Position numbers and translations under genes: made by a program. The notes below the pieces were generated by a model. That model searched no databases, was not told where the DNA came from, and was given only the letters and a program-made list of their open reading frames with translations. This document shows positions 53,565 through 62,633 of a stretch of DNA of 64,000 nucleotides, one piece after another (positions within the stretch are counted from its first letter, which is position 1; every line of letters starts with the position of its first letter). This DNA comes from Burkholderiales bacterium (GTDB lineage: Bacteria > Pseudomonadota > Gammaproteobacteria > Burkholderiales > Burkholderiaceae_C): assembly GCA_028868305.1 (NCBI GenBank), contig JAGWUS010000005.1:21098-85097 (forward strand), written 5' to 3'.

Positions 53565-53826
53565 GTCTGGGCCTGCTTTTGTTCGGTCCGGCAATGCAAA
53601 GGAATGCTATTGACGCAATTCCGCGCTGGCCCGTCTATAACCGGGACGGGTGGTGACACATAACCCTTTTGGGTAGCTTCACATACTCAACGAGGGGGAT
53701 AGCGAATCAAAGGCAACGCCGCCTACGATGCTCTTCATAGATAAAAAAAGAGCCGCATAAGCGCTCGAGACCCGTCAGTACAGCATTCCCGCCGTCTCAA
53801 AAACGGCATTCCGACAGGAGACAAAA

Positions 53827-55131
53827 ATGGCCAAAAAAATGCATGACACCCCCATGCTCGACCAGCTCGAGAGTGGGCCATGGCCGAGCTTCGTGACCGG
53901 TCTGAAGCGACTGGCCAAGGACAAGGACTACATGGTTGACCTCATGGGTCAGCTCGAAACCTCGTACAAAACCCGCAAGGGCTATTGGAAAGGCGGCACG
54001 GTCGGCGTGTTCGGTTACGGTGGCGGCGTGATTCCGCGCTTCACTGAACTCAAGGATGCCGACGGCAAACCCCAGTTTCCGGATGCCGCTGAATTTCACA
54101 CCCTGCGCGTGCAGCCACCGGCTGGCATGCACTACAACACGGACATACTTCGCAAGTTCTGCGACATCTGGGAAAGGCATGGCTCGGGCCTGATCGCCTT
54201 CCACGGCCAGTCGGGTGACATCATGTTCCAGGGCGCGAAGACCGACAAGGTGCAGGATGCCTTCGATGAGCTCAACGAATTGGGGTTCGATCTCGGCGGA
54301 GCCGGCCCGGCGGTCCGTACCTCCATGTCCTGCGTCGGCGCTGCGCGCTGCGAGCAGTCCTGCTACGACGAAGCCCGGGCCCATCGCCAGGTACTCAACA
54401 CATTCCTGGACGACATCCACCGCCCAGCCCTGCCCTACAAATTCAAGTTCAAATTTTCTGGCTGCCCGAACGACTGCATGAACTCGATCCAGCGCTCGGA
54501 CATGGCCGTGATCGGCACCTGGCGCGACAACATTCGTACCGACGAAACGCTGGCGCGCAAATGGTTTGCCAAGCACGGTATGAACGAACTGGTCAACGAC
54601 GTGGTCAGCCGCTGCCCGACCAAGACCATCATGTTGAAGGAAATCAAGGACGTCGCCAAAGGTCCGAAGATTTCCAGCGTCAAGATAAACGACACGCAGT
54701 GCCTGGAGATCGACAACAGCAACTGCGTGCGCTGCATGCACTGCATCAATGTGATGACGGGCGCCCTAGCCCACGGCACCGACACCGGAGCCACTGTCCT
54801 GGTGGGTGGCAAGCGCACGCTCAAGATCGGCGATCTGATGGGCACCGTAGTGGTGCCCTTTATGCCCCTGAAGACCGAAGAGGACTACAAAGCCCTGGTC
54901 GAGCTGGGCCAGAAAACCATCGACTTCTTCGCCGAAAACGCGTTGGAGCACGAGCGTACCGGCGAGATGATCGAGCGTATCGGCCTGGTCAACTTCCTCG
55001 AAGGCATCGGCCTCGAAATCGACCCGAACATGGTCTCCACACCGCGCACCAATCCCTATGTGCGCGCCGATGGCTGGGACGATGAAGTGGCCAAGATCAA
55101 TGCCCGCAAGCAAGCCGCTGCTGGCGGCTGA
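53827..55131 (+). CDS. dsrA: dissimilatory sulfite reductase alpha subunit
   Basis: 434 aa with siroheme/Fe-S motifs SMSCVGAARCEQSC and KFKFSGCPNDC plus a ferredoxin insert (CPTK...CVRCMHC). An SD (AGGAGA) precedes the ATG. Confidence 0.95.
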   Translation: MAKKMHDTPMLDQLESGPWPSFVTGLKRLAKDKDYMVDLMGQLETSYKTRKGYWKGGTVGVFGYGGGVIPRFTELKDADGKPQFPDAAEFHTLRVQPPAGMHYNTDILRKFCDIWERHGSGLIAFHGQSGDIMFQGAKTDKVQDAFDELNELGFDLGGAGPAVRTSMSCVGAARCEQSCYDEARAHRQVLNTFLDDIHRPALPYKFKFKFSGCPNDCMNSIQRSDMAVIGTWRDNIRTDETLARKWFAKHGMNELVNDVVSRCPTKTIMLKEIKDVAKGPKISSVKINDTQCLEIDNSNCVRCMHCINVMTGALAHGTDTGATVLVGGKRTLKIGDLMGTVVVPFMPLKTEEDYKALVELGQKTIDFFAENALEHERTGEMIERIGLVNFLEGIGLEIDPNMVSTPRTNPYVRADGWDDEVAKINARKQAAAGG

Positions 55132-55194
55132 TCCTGGGCTGACTGGTTTACCCCCAACTCTTCAAGCTGACAGACGACCACTGGAAGGCAAGAC

Positions 55195-56265
55195 ATGGCC
55201 CAAATGCGCACCCCCATCGAGAGCGGCGTACCGGACAACAAACAGTACCTGCACCCCACGCTGCTGAAAAACTACGGCAACTGGAAATACCACGACCGGC
55301 CCCGCCCCGGCGTGCTGCACCACGTTGCACACAATGGCGACGAGGTCTGGTCGGTGCGTGCCGGCACGCAGCGCCAAATGGACGTCTACACCATTCGCAA
55401 GCTGTGCGACATCGCCGACACCTATGCCGAAGGGCATGTGCGGTTCACGATCCGCTCCAACATCGAGTTCATGGTGTCGGACCCGAACAAGGTGGCACCG
55501 TTAATCGAGTCGCTCACCAGTAACGGATTCCCGGTCGGCGGTACCGGCAATTCGGTATCGATGATTGCCCACACCCAGGGCTGGCTGCACTGCGATATTC
55601 CCGGCACCGATGCCTCGGGCGCGGTGAAGGCGCTGATGGACGACCTGCATGCGGAATTCATCAAGGAAGAAATGCCCAACCGGGTGCACCTGTCCACCTC
55701 CTGCTGCGAAATCAATTGCGGCGGCCAGGCGGATATCGCCATCATCGTGCAGCACACCAAGCCGCCCAAGATCAACCACGACCTGGTGGCCAATGCCTGT
55801 GAGCGTCCGGCGGTGGTGGCGCGCTGCCCGGTGGCGGCCATTCGCCCCGCATTGGTCAATGGCAAGCCCTCGCTTGAAGTAGACGAGAAAAAGTGCATTT
55901 GCTGCGGCGCCTGCTACCCACCCTGCCCGCCCATGCAGATCAACGATCCCGAGCACTCCAAGCTGGCCATCTGGGTAGGCGGGAAGAACTCGAACGCACG
56001 CGGCAAGCCCACGTTCATGAAGATGGTGGCTTCCGGTCTGCCCAACAACCCGCCGCGGTGGCCCGAAGTCTCCGCCATGGTGAAGAAAATTCTCTACACC
56101 TACAAGGAAGACGCCCGCCCGTGGGAGCGTTTGTCCGACTGGATCGAACGCATCGGCTGGCCGCAGTTTTTCGAGAAGTGCGACCTGCCCTTCACCAAGT
56201 ACCTGATCGACGACTGGCGCGGTTCCCGTGCCAGCCTGAACGCCTCGACCCATATCCGCTTCTGA
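55195..56265 (+). CDS. dsrB: dissimilatory sulfite reductase beta subunit
   Basis: 356 aa with GWLHCDIPG, STSCCEINCGG and a ferredoxin domain (CPVAAIRP...CICCGACYPPCP). Confidence 0.95.
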   Translation: MAQMRTPIESGVPDNKQYLHPTLLKNYGNWKYHDRPRPGVLHHVAHNGDEVWSVRAGTQRQMDVYTIRKLCDIADTYAEGHVRFTIRSNIEFMVSDPNKVAPLIESLTSNGFPVGGTGNSVSMIAHTQGWLHCDIPGTDASGAVKALMDDLHAEFIKEEMPNRVHLSTSCCEINCGGQADIAIIVQHTKPPKINHDLVANACERPAVVARCPVAAIRPALVNGKPSLEVDEKKCICCGACYPPCPPMQINDPEHSKLAIWVGGKNSNARGKPTFMKMVASGLPNNPPRWPEVSAMVKKILYTYKEDARPWERLSDWIERIGWPQFFEKCDLPFTKYLIDDWRGSRASLNASTHIRF

Positions 56266-56274
56266 TACAGCACC

Positions 56275-56634
56275 ATGAAATTCGGTTTACTCGTCAGTGA
56301 AGGGCCCTATACCCACCAGGCCTCCGACAGCGCCTACCAGTTCGCCGTTGCGGCACTGGGCAAGGGGCATGAAATCCAGCGCGTCTTTTTCTATCACGAT
56401 GGCGTGAACAACGCCACGCGACTGACCGAGCCGCCGCAGGATGACCGGCACATTGTGAACCGCTGGTCGGAGTTGGCTGCCAAGCACAAGGTGGACCTGG
56501 TGGTGTGCGTAGCGGCCGCCCTGCGCCGGGGCATCAAGGAAGAGGTGCTGGCACCAGGCTTCCGCATCTCGGGCCTGGGCCAGCTGGTGGACAGCGGCAT
56601 CAAGGCCGACCGCCTCGTGACCTTCGGCGACTGA
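56275..56634 (+). CDS. dsrE: sulfurtransferase complex subunit DsrE (TusD-like)
   Basis: 119 aa of the DsrE/F/H fold with an active-site Cys context (DLVVCVAAALRRG), in the expected position after dsrB. Confidence 0.9.
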   Translation: MKFGLLVSEGPYTHQASDSAYQFAVAALGKGHEIQRVFFYHDGVNNATRLTEPPQDDRHIVNRWSELAAKHKVDLVVCVAAALRRGIKEEVLAPGFRISGLGQLVDSGIKADRLVTFGD

Positions 56635-56651
56635 ACAGGAAAGACCTCATC

Positions 56652-57041
56652 ATGAGTGAAGCACAAGTTGGTAGCGCCGGCAAAGTCAAGAAGTTCATGT
56701 TTGTGAACCGCAAGGCGCCCTACGGAACCATCTACGCGCTGGAGAGCCTAGAGGTGGTTCTGATCACCGCCACCTTCGACCAGGACGTGAGCCTGGTCTT
56801 CATGGACGACGGCGTGTTCGAACTGGTCAAGGGCCAGCAGACCAAGGACATTGGCATCAAGAATTTCTCGCCCAGCTACCGCGCGCTGGATGGCTATGAC
56901 GTGGAAAAACTCTACGTCGACCAGGAGTCGCTCAGCGCACGGGGCTTGAGCGAAAAAGACCTGCTGGTCCCGGTCGAGGTGCTGAATGCCGAGCAGATGG
57001 GCCAGCTGATGCAGCAGCAGGACGTGATCCTAAGCTTTTGA
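56652..57041 (+). CDS. dsrF: sulfurtransferase complex subunit DsrF (TusC-like)
   Basis: 129 aa from the ATG at 56652. The track's longer form overlaps dsrE. It has the DsrE/F/H fold and sits between dsrE and dsrH. Confidence 0.85.
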   Translation: MSEAQVGSAGKVKKFMFVNRKAPYGTIYALESLEVVLITATFDQDVSLVFMDDGVFELVKGQQTKDIGIKNFSPSYRALDGYDVEKLYVDQESLSARGLSEKDLLVPVEVLNAEQMGQLMQQQDVILSF

Positions 57042-57053
57042 AGAGAACCCACT

Positions 57054-57353
57054 ATGTTGCACATCATTAACAAGTCACCGTTCCAGACCAGCACCCTGAC
57101 AAGTTGCCTGCGCATGGCGCAGGCCGGCCATACCGTGCTGCTGATCGAGGATGGCATCTATGCCGCCACCGCCGGCAGTAGCACCGAGGGCCAGGTTCGG
57201 GAAGCCAGCAGCCGGCTCAAGTTCTATGCCCTCAAGCCCGACACCGAGGCGCGCGGCATGACCGCCAAGCTCATCGACGGCGTGACGCTGGTGGACTACG
57301 GCGGCTTTGTCGACCTGGTCGCCGGGTACAGCACCTCGCATTCCTGGCTTTGA
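57054..57353 (+). CDS. dsrH: sulfurtransferase complex subunit DsrH (TusB-like)
   Basis: 99 aa, MLHIINKSPF...LTSCLRMA, with the conserved N-terminal Cys. Confidence 0.85.
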   Translation: MLHIINKSPFQTSTLTSCLRMAQAGHTVLLIEDGIYAATAGSSTEGQVREASSRLKFYALKPDTEARGMTAKLIDGVTLVDYGGFVDLVAGYSTSHSWL

Positions 57354-57393
57354 CAGCTGACTAATTTTTGACCCCTTCAATCTGGAGAGCACC

Positions 57394-57726
57394 ATGAGCT
57401 TCGAAATCAACGGCAAAACCTACGAAACCGATGAAGAGGGCTACCTCGTCAACCTGGCCGAATGGGACACCGACGCGGCCGCCCACATCGCCGAGGAAGA
57501 AAAAGTACCGCTCACCGACAACCACTGGGAAGTCATCAACTTCTTGCGTGAGTACTACAACGAGTACCAGATCGCCCCGGCTGTACGCGTGCTGACCAAG
57601 GCCATCGGCAAGCAGTTCGGCGAGGAAAAGGGCAACAGCAAGTACCTGTATGACCTGTTCCCCTACGGTCCGGCCAAACAGGCCTGCAAGATCGCCGGTC
57701 TGCCCAAGCCGACGGGTTGCGTCTGA
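57394..57726 (+). CDS. dsrC: DsrC, sulfite reductase-associated sulfur carrier (both redox cysteines present)
   Basis: 110 aa ending PAKQACKIAGLPKPTGCV. Both the penultimate Cys and the Cys 11 residues upstream of it are present. Confidence 0.95.
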   Translation: MSFEINGKTYETDEEGYLVNLAEWDTDAAAHIAEEEKVPLTDNHWEVINFLREYYNEYQIAPAVRVLTKAIGKQFGEEKGNSKYLYDLFPYGPAKQACKIAGLPKPTGCV

Positions 57727-57770
57727 TCCAGCCGCTCAGCCCCTGATGCCCCTTGTCGCCTGAAGCACCC

Positions 57771-58499
57771 ATGTCTGTTCTGACGATCACTTATGCAGTC
57801 CTGTTTTATGTCGCCACAGGGGTGTTTGTTCTGGGGCTGGCGTTCAAAATCCGCCAATACGCCCGCACACCTGCGCCGCTGAAAATTGCCCTCACCCCCG
57901 CCCCCCTCACTCAAACGGGTGTGGGCTGGCGGTTAACGCGTGAGGTGGTTTTTTTCGAGAGCCTGTTCCGTTCCAGCAAGTGGACCTGGTTGTTCGGCTG
58001 GATGTTCCATGCCACTTTGCTGCTGGTGGTGCTGCGCCATCTGCGTTACTTCCAGGACCCGGTCTGGCTTGCGGTGCAACTGATCCAGCCTTTTGGCACC
58101 TATGCCGGCTTTGTCATGGTGGCCGGCTTGGCCGGCTTGTGGGCACGGCGTTTTCTGGTCGACCGGGTGCGCTACATCTCTACCCCGTCCGATCACCTGA
58201 TGCTGGCGCTCCTGATCGCCATCGGCCTAACAGGCCTGGGCATGCGCTTCGTCGCGCACACCGACATTGTGGCCGTCAAAGCATTCATGCTGGGACTGAT
58301 GCGCCTGGACATCCAGCCGATGCCGACTGATCGGGTGTTGCTGGTGCATCTGACCCTGGTGGCGCTGCTGATGATCATTTTCCCCATCAGCAAGCTGCTG
58401 CACGCCCCGGGCCTGTTCTTCAGCCCCACCCGCAACCAGACCGACAATCCGCGTGAAGCCCGGCATCTGGCCGCCTGGGCCGCCGCGCTGGACAAGTGA
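57771..58499 (+). CDS. dsrM: DsrM, NarI-like dihaem b membrane subunit of DsrMKJOP
   Basis: Polytopic membrane protein with conserved His residues, located directly before dsrK. I preferred the ATG at 57771 over the TTG at 57753. Confidence 0.85.
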   Translation: MSVLTITYAVLFYVATGVFVLGLAFKIRQYARTPAPLKIALTPAPLTQTGVGWRLTREVVFFESLFRSSKWTWLFGWMFHATLLLVVLRHLRYFQDPVWLAVQLIQPFGTYAGFVMVAGLAGLWARRFLVDRVRYISTPSDHLMLALLIAIGLTGLGMRFVAHTDIVAVKAFMLGLMRLDIQPMPTDRVLLVHLTLVALLMIIFPISKLLHAPGLFFSPTRNQTDNPREARHLAAWAAALDK

Positions 58500-58514
58500 A
58501 CGGAGCCCACCGCC

Positions 58515-60044
58515 ATGGCCACCGCTGCATTTGAAGTCCCCCAGCTTAAGGAATACCCGGTCATTCCGATGGTGCAGGTCGGTGCGATGTCGCACCTCAA
58601 GCCTTTCGTCGCCTCTGAGGCCATCCAGAAGAACCTGGGCTTCCCCGGCGAGTTGGCGGAAGACTGGCAAGCCAAGGCCATCGAAAAGATGGGCGACCTG
58701 CTGGGCAAGTACCGCTCGCTGCGGGTGTACATGGACGCCTGCGTGCACTGCGGCGCCTGCTCCGACAAGTGCCATTACTTCCTGGGCACCGCCGATCCGA
58801 AAAACATGCCGGTAGCGCGCCAGGATCTGATGCGCAAAGTGTATCGCCGCTACTTCACCTTTGCAGGCAAGTTTTTCCCCAAGCTGGTGGGCGCCGTGGA
58901 CTTAACACGCGAGGTTCTGGACGACTGGTACAGCTATTACCACCAGTGTTCGGAATGCCGACGCTGCTCGGTGTTCTGCCCCTATGGCATCGACACCGCT
59001 GAGGTGACCATGGCTGCGCGCGAGATCATGGACTCGATCGGCATGGGTCAGAAGTACTCCAACGAGATCATCGGCAAGGTCCACCGCATCGGCAACAACC
59101 TGGGCATCCCGGGGCCGGCGCTGGAGGACACCCTGCTCGGGCTGGAAGAGGACACGAAGGACGAGACCGGCGTTGACGTGCGCTTCCCCCTCGACGTCAA
59201 GGGCGCCGAGGTGCTGCTGGTCACGCCGTCGGCCGACTTCTTCAGCGAGCCGCATGTCGACAGCCTGATCGGCTACGCCAAAGTCTTCCATGCAGCAGGC
59301 GTCAGCTGGACGCTGTCGGCCAAGGCCAGCGAGGCCGGAAACTTCGGCATGTTCATCGGCAATTACGACCAGTTACACAAGATCGCGCTGCGCATTCGCG
59401 AGGCAGCGCTGGAGCTGGGCGTCAAGCGCATCGTGGTCGGCGAGTGTGGGCACGCCTGGCGGGTAGCCTACAACTTCTGGAATACGCTGGTGGGGATCGG
59501 CGCCGGCGGCAAGGATCCGTTCGCGATCGAGTTGCAGAACCAGCTCGATGGCCGCTACAAGCAGCCCATGCATATCTGCGAGTTCACACACGACCTGATC
59601 CTGCGCGGCGCGTTGAAGTTTGACAAGGAAAAGAACGACAGCCGCATCATCACCTTCCACGACTCGTGCAACGTGGCGCGCGGCTCGCGCATGGGCGATT
59701 TCGCCGGCGGCCAGTTCACGATTCCGCGCGACATCATCAAGGCGGTGGCAAACAACTTCCACGACATGGCACCCGAGACCATCTGCGACAGCACCTTCTG
59801 CTGCGGTGGTGGCGGCGGCCTGCTGACCGACGACCTTCTGGAGTTGCGCGTCAAGGGTGCGCTGCCCCGCATGGAATCGCTCAAAAACGTGGCGGACGAG
59901 CACGGCGTGAACTTCATGGCCACGATCTGCGCCATCTGCAAGGCCCAGTTCACCAAGGTATTGCCCCAGTACGGCTTTGACATGAGCATGGTGGGTGGCG
60001 TCCATCAGCTCGTCAGTAAGGCCATCCGGCTGGGTGACAAATAG
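58515..60044 (+). CDS. dsrK: DsrK, HdrD-like Fe-S (CCG-domain) subunit
   Basis: Contains CVHCGACSDKCH and CSECRRCSVFCPYG plus a CCG motif (CDSTFCCGGGGG). Confidence 0.9.
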   Translation: MATAAFEVPQLKEYPVIPMVQVGAMSHLKPFVASEAIQKNLGFPGELAEDWQAKAIEKMGDLLGKYRSLRVYMDACVHCGACSDKCHYFLGTADPKNMPVARQDLMRKVYRRYFTFAGKFFPKLVGAVDLTREVLDDWYSYYHQCSECRRCSVFCPYGIDTAEVTMAAREIMDSIGMGQKYSNEIIGKVHRIGNNLGIPGPALEDTLLGLEEDTKDETGVDVRFPLDVKGAEVLLVTPSADFFSEPHVDSLIGYAKVFHAAGVSWTLSAKASEAGNFGMFIGNYDQLHKIALRIREAALELGVKRIVVGECGHAWRVAYNFWNTLVGIGAGGKDPFAIELQNQLDGRYKQPMHICEFTHDLILRGALKFDKEKNDSRIITFHDSCNVARGSRMGDFAGGQFTIPRDIIKAVANNFHDMAPETICDSTFCCGGGGGLLTDDLLELRVKGALPRMESLKNVADEHGVNFMATICAICKAQFTKVLPQYGFDMSMVGGVHQLVSKAIRLGDK

Positions 60045-60108
60045 CGCCGGGGCTGCCAGCAGACCTGTCCAGCGACCGACATCAGAACGATTACAGGAGA
60101 CCCCGCAT

Positions 60109-62067
60109 ATGTCAGGCCCCACCGAAACCGTCAGTGTCAAGCCCCTTAACTTCCGGCGCTACAAGGATGGCGACAGCAAGCCGGACTCGTGGCAAAAGAA
60201 GATCTTCAATGCCGATCACTCGCACAAGTGCCCGACATACATCCAGAGTACGCCCCCCTGCCAGGGCAGCTGCCCGGCCGGCGAGGACATCCGGGGTTAC
60301 CTCAACATCGTGCGCGGCGTGGAAAAACCACCCACCGGCATGCCGTGGCAGGAATACGCCTTTCGGCGCCTGACCGAAGCCAATCCCTTCCCCTCCGTGA
60401 TGGGCCGGGTGTGCCCGGCACCCTGCGAGTCCGGCTGCAACCGCAACCAGGTGGAGGATTTTGTCGGCATCAATTCGGTCGAGCACTTCCTCGGCGAATA
60501 CGGTATTGCTAACCAGATCGCCTACCCCAAGCCGACCACGCTGACCGGCAAGACCGTGGCCGTGATCGGTGGTGGGCCAGCCGGCATGTCGGCAGCCTAC
60601 CAGCTCGCGCTCAAGGGCCACGATGTGACGATTTTCGACGAGCGCGCGGAGCTCGGCGGCATGATGCGCTACGGCATTCCGGGTTTCCGCACACCGCGCC
60701 AAGTGCTTGACGCCGAGATCCAGCGCATTCTCGACTTGGGCGTCAAGGCCCGCATGAATTGCCGCATCGGCACCGACATCAGCATGGCGCAAATTCGTGC
60801 CGAATTCGATGCGGTCTTCCTCGGACTGGGCGCCCAGTCCGGCCGGCCGCTGCCGGTGGAGGGATCGGATGCCCCCAACTGCGTGACGGCCACCGCCTTC
60901 CTCAAGGCCTTCAACGATGGCCGACTGCGCCATGTCGGCAAGCGCGTGGTGGTGGTGGGCGGCGGTGATACGTCGATCGACGTGGCCACGGTGGCGCGCC
61001 GCCTAGGCCACATCGACAAGATCAATCCGAGCGACCGGCCCGAGCACGCGATTGCCGGCCATGTGGCGCACGACGTCGCCTCGGTTTCGGCCAAGCAGGG
61101 CGCCGAAGTGACGCTGACCTCTATCTTCGCGGTGGACAAGATGCAGGCTTCCAAACACGAGGTTGAGCATGCGCTGTCCGAAGGCATTGCCATTCGTGGC
61201 GGCATGGCGCCGGTGGCCGTGGTGCGCGGGCCTGACGGCCGTGCGGTGGCCTTGCGCGTCATCCGCTGCGAGGCCAAGATTGTCGGCGGCAAGCTGGAGA
61301 TCAAGAACGTCGAAGGCAGCGAGGAAGACATTCCCGCCGACCTGATCGTCTCGGCCATCGGCCAGGCCGTCGATTTCACCGGCCTGGAGGAATTCAACAA
61401 CGGCAAGGGCGCCGTGCCGGCCGACAAGAACTACCAGGTACAGGGACAGCCCGGCATTTTCGTTGGCGGCGACGTGGTGCGCCCGCATCTGCTGACCACC
61501 GCCATCGGCCACGGGGCGATCGCCGCCGATGGTATCGACCGTTTCCTGGCCGGCGAGACCCTGGACAAGCGCCCCAAGATCGACGTGCATGCCTTTGATC
61601 TGAAGCGCAAGATGGTCGAAAAGGGCCTGACCCTCAGTGAGGTGCACGAGCCGATTCGCGGCACAGACGCCAGCAATGTGGCCATTCACAACTACGACAA
61701 CCGCTCCGATCGCTATGTGATCTCGCACAAGGAGTTGTTCCTCGGTCATTTCCCGTACACGGCACGCAACCGGCGCACCATCGTCAACCTCACGGCCGAA
61801 GAGGCACTAGGAAACTTCGACGAGCGACTGCAAGCCCTCGTCGAATCCCAGGCCCAGGCCGAGGCCAAGCGCTGCATGAGCTGCGGCCAGTGCTTCGAGT
61901 GCGACAACTGCGTGGTGTACTGCCCACAGACCGCGGTGTTCAAGGTGCCCAAGGCCAAGTCGACCACCGGGCGCTATGTGGACACTGACTACAACAAGTG
62001 CATCGGTTGCCACATCTGTTCCGATGTCTGCCCGACCGGCTATATCCAGATGGGCCTGGGAGAGTAA
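60109..62067 (+). CDS. dsrL: DsrL, GltD-like NAD(P)H:acceptor oxidoreductase with a C-terminal ferredoxin domain
   Basis: N-terminal Cys cluster (CPTYIQSTPPCQGSCPAGEDI), dinucleotide folds (VIGGGPAGMSAAY, VVVGGGDTSIDVA) and C-terminal CMSCGQCFECDNCVVYCP / CIGCHICSDVCP. The start is the ATG at 60109, after AGGAGA. Confidence 0.85.
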   Translation: MSGPTETVSVKPLNFRRYKDGDSKPDSWQKKIFNADHSHKCPTYIQSTPPCQGSCPAGEDIRGYLNIVRGVEKPPTGMPWQEYAFRRLTEANPFPSVMGRVCPAPCESGCNRNQVEDFVGINSVEHFLGEYGIANQIAYPKPTTLTGKTVAVIGGGPAGMSAAYQLALKGHDVTIFDERAELGGMMRYGIPGFRTPRQVLDAEIQRILDLGVKARMNCRIGTDISMAQIRAEFDAVFLGLGAQSGRPLPVEGSDAPNCVTATAFLKAFNDGRLRHVGKRVVVVGGGDTSIDVATVARRLGHIDKINPSDRPEHAIAGHVAHDVASVSAKQGAEVTLTSIFAVDKMQASKHEVEHALSEGIAIRGGMAPVAVVRGPDGRAVALRVIRCEAKIVGGKLEIKNVEGSEEDIPADLIVSAIGQAVDFTGLEEFNNGKGAVPADKNYQVQGQPGIFVGGDVVRPHLLTTAIGHGAIAADGIDRFLAGETLDKRPKIDVHAFDLKRKMVEKGLTLSEVHEPIRGTDASNVAIHNYDNRSDRYVISHKELFLGHFPYTARNRRTIVNLTAEEALGNFDERLQALVESQAQAEAKRCMSCGQCFECDNCVVYCPQTAVFKVPKAKSTTGRYVDTDYNKCIGCHICSDVCPTGYIQMGLGE

Positions 62068-62069
62068 AG

Positions 62070-62633
62070 GTGGCTCACCCCCAGGCAACGCGCTCTGCGT
62101 GCGCATCGCCCACCCCTTTGCAGGCGGCGACACCAGCGGCCCGGCAAAGCCGGTTCCGCGGTGTCCCGCGACTTGGTGTCTTCGTCCTCCTGTTTGGTCT
62201 GCTATGCGGCGCAGTGGTGCACGCAATCGAACCGGACAAAGGCCGTGTACCCAAACCGGTGATCGAGGCGGCGCGCGGTGGCCAGTGCGTCGAAGACCCC
62301 GCATTCATGCGGCGCAACCACATGGAGTTGCTCAAGCACCAGCGTGACGACACGATGCGCGGCGGCGTCCGCGGCGCCAAGTACAGCCTGAAAACCTGCA
62401 TCGAATGCCATGCGAGCCAGGCCACGAACAGCGTAGCGGCGACGCCGACCAACTTCTGCGTGAGCTGCCACAGCTATGCTGCGGTCAAGATCGACTGCTT
62501 TGAATGCCACGCCACCCAGCCGCAAAAAGCCTCGTCATTCCACCCGCTCGTACCAACCGCCGCCTCAGGCAACGCGACCCCGCTGGGCATGCAGTTGCGC
62601 CAGCAAGTGGTCCAGCAACAGGTCAAGCCATGA
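62070..62633 (+). CDS. dsrJ: DsrJ, periplasmic trihaem cytochrome c
   Basis: Three CxxCH motifs (CIECH, CVSCH, CFECH) and a hydrophobic signal/anchor (LGVFVLLFGLLCGAVVHA). The proposed start is the GTG at 62070, 3 nt after the dsrL stop and behind GGGAGAG. Confidence 0.8.
   Translation: MAHPQATRSACASPTPLQAATPAARQSRFRGVPRLGVFVLLFGLLCGAVVHAIEPDKGRVPKPVIEAARGGQCVEDPAFMRRNHMELLKHQRDDTMRGGVRGAKYSLKTCIECHASQATNSVAATPTNFCVSCHSYAAVKIDCFECHATQPQKASSFHPLVPTAASGNATPLGMQLRQQVVQQQVKP

Noticed and set aside
47895-53600. Calling the dsr region a mobile genomic island
   Set aside because: There is no integrase, transposase, tRNA gene or flanking direct repeats in the window, and the right boundary is outside it. 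The only evidence is gene decay at the left edge, so horizontal origin stays a hypothesis.
53610-53641. TTGACG ... TATAAC as a sigma70 promoter for dsrA
   Set aside because: The spacer is 20 nt, outside the 16-19 nt range. The alternative -10 at 17 nt (GTCTAT) is poor.
48000-54000. CRISPR repeat-spacer array or further cas genes near the Cas6-like ORF
   Set aside because: Reading the intergenic stretches on both strands showed no regularly spaced direct repeats. No neighbouring ORF resembles Cas1, Cas2, Cas3, Cas5 or Cas7.
59995-60108. Long N-terminal extensions given by the ORF track for dsrL (59995), dsrJ (61998), dsrO (62504), dsrF (56505), the DsrC paralogue (52838), the Cas6-like ORF (53397), the S24 ORF (49230) and the reductase (50699)
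   Set aside because: The extensions overlap the preceding gene in another frame and are compositionally odd (Arg/Pro/Ala-rich). Internal ATG or GTG codons with Shine-Dalgarno sequences give N-termini that match the families.
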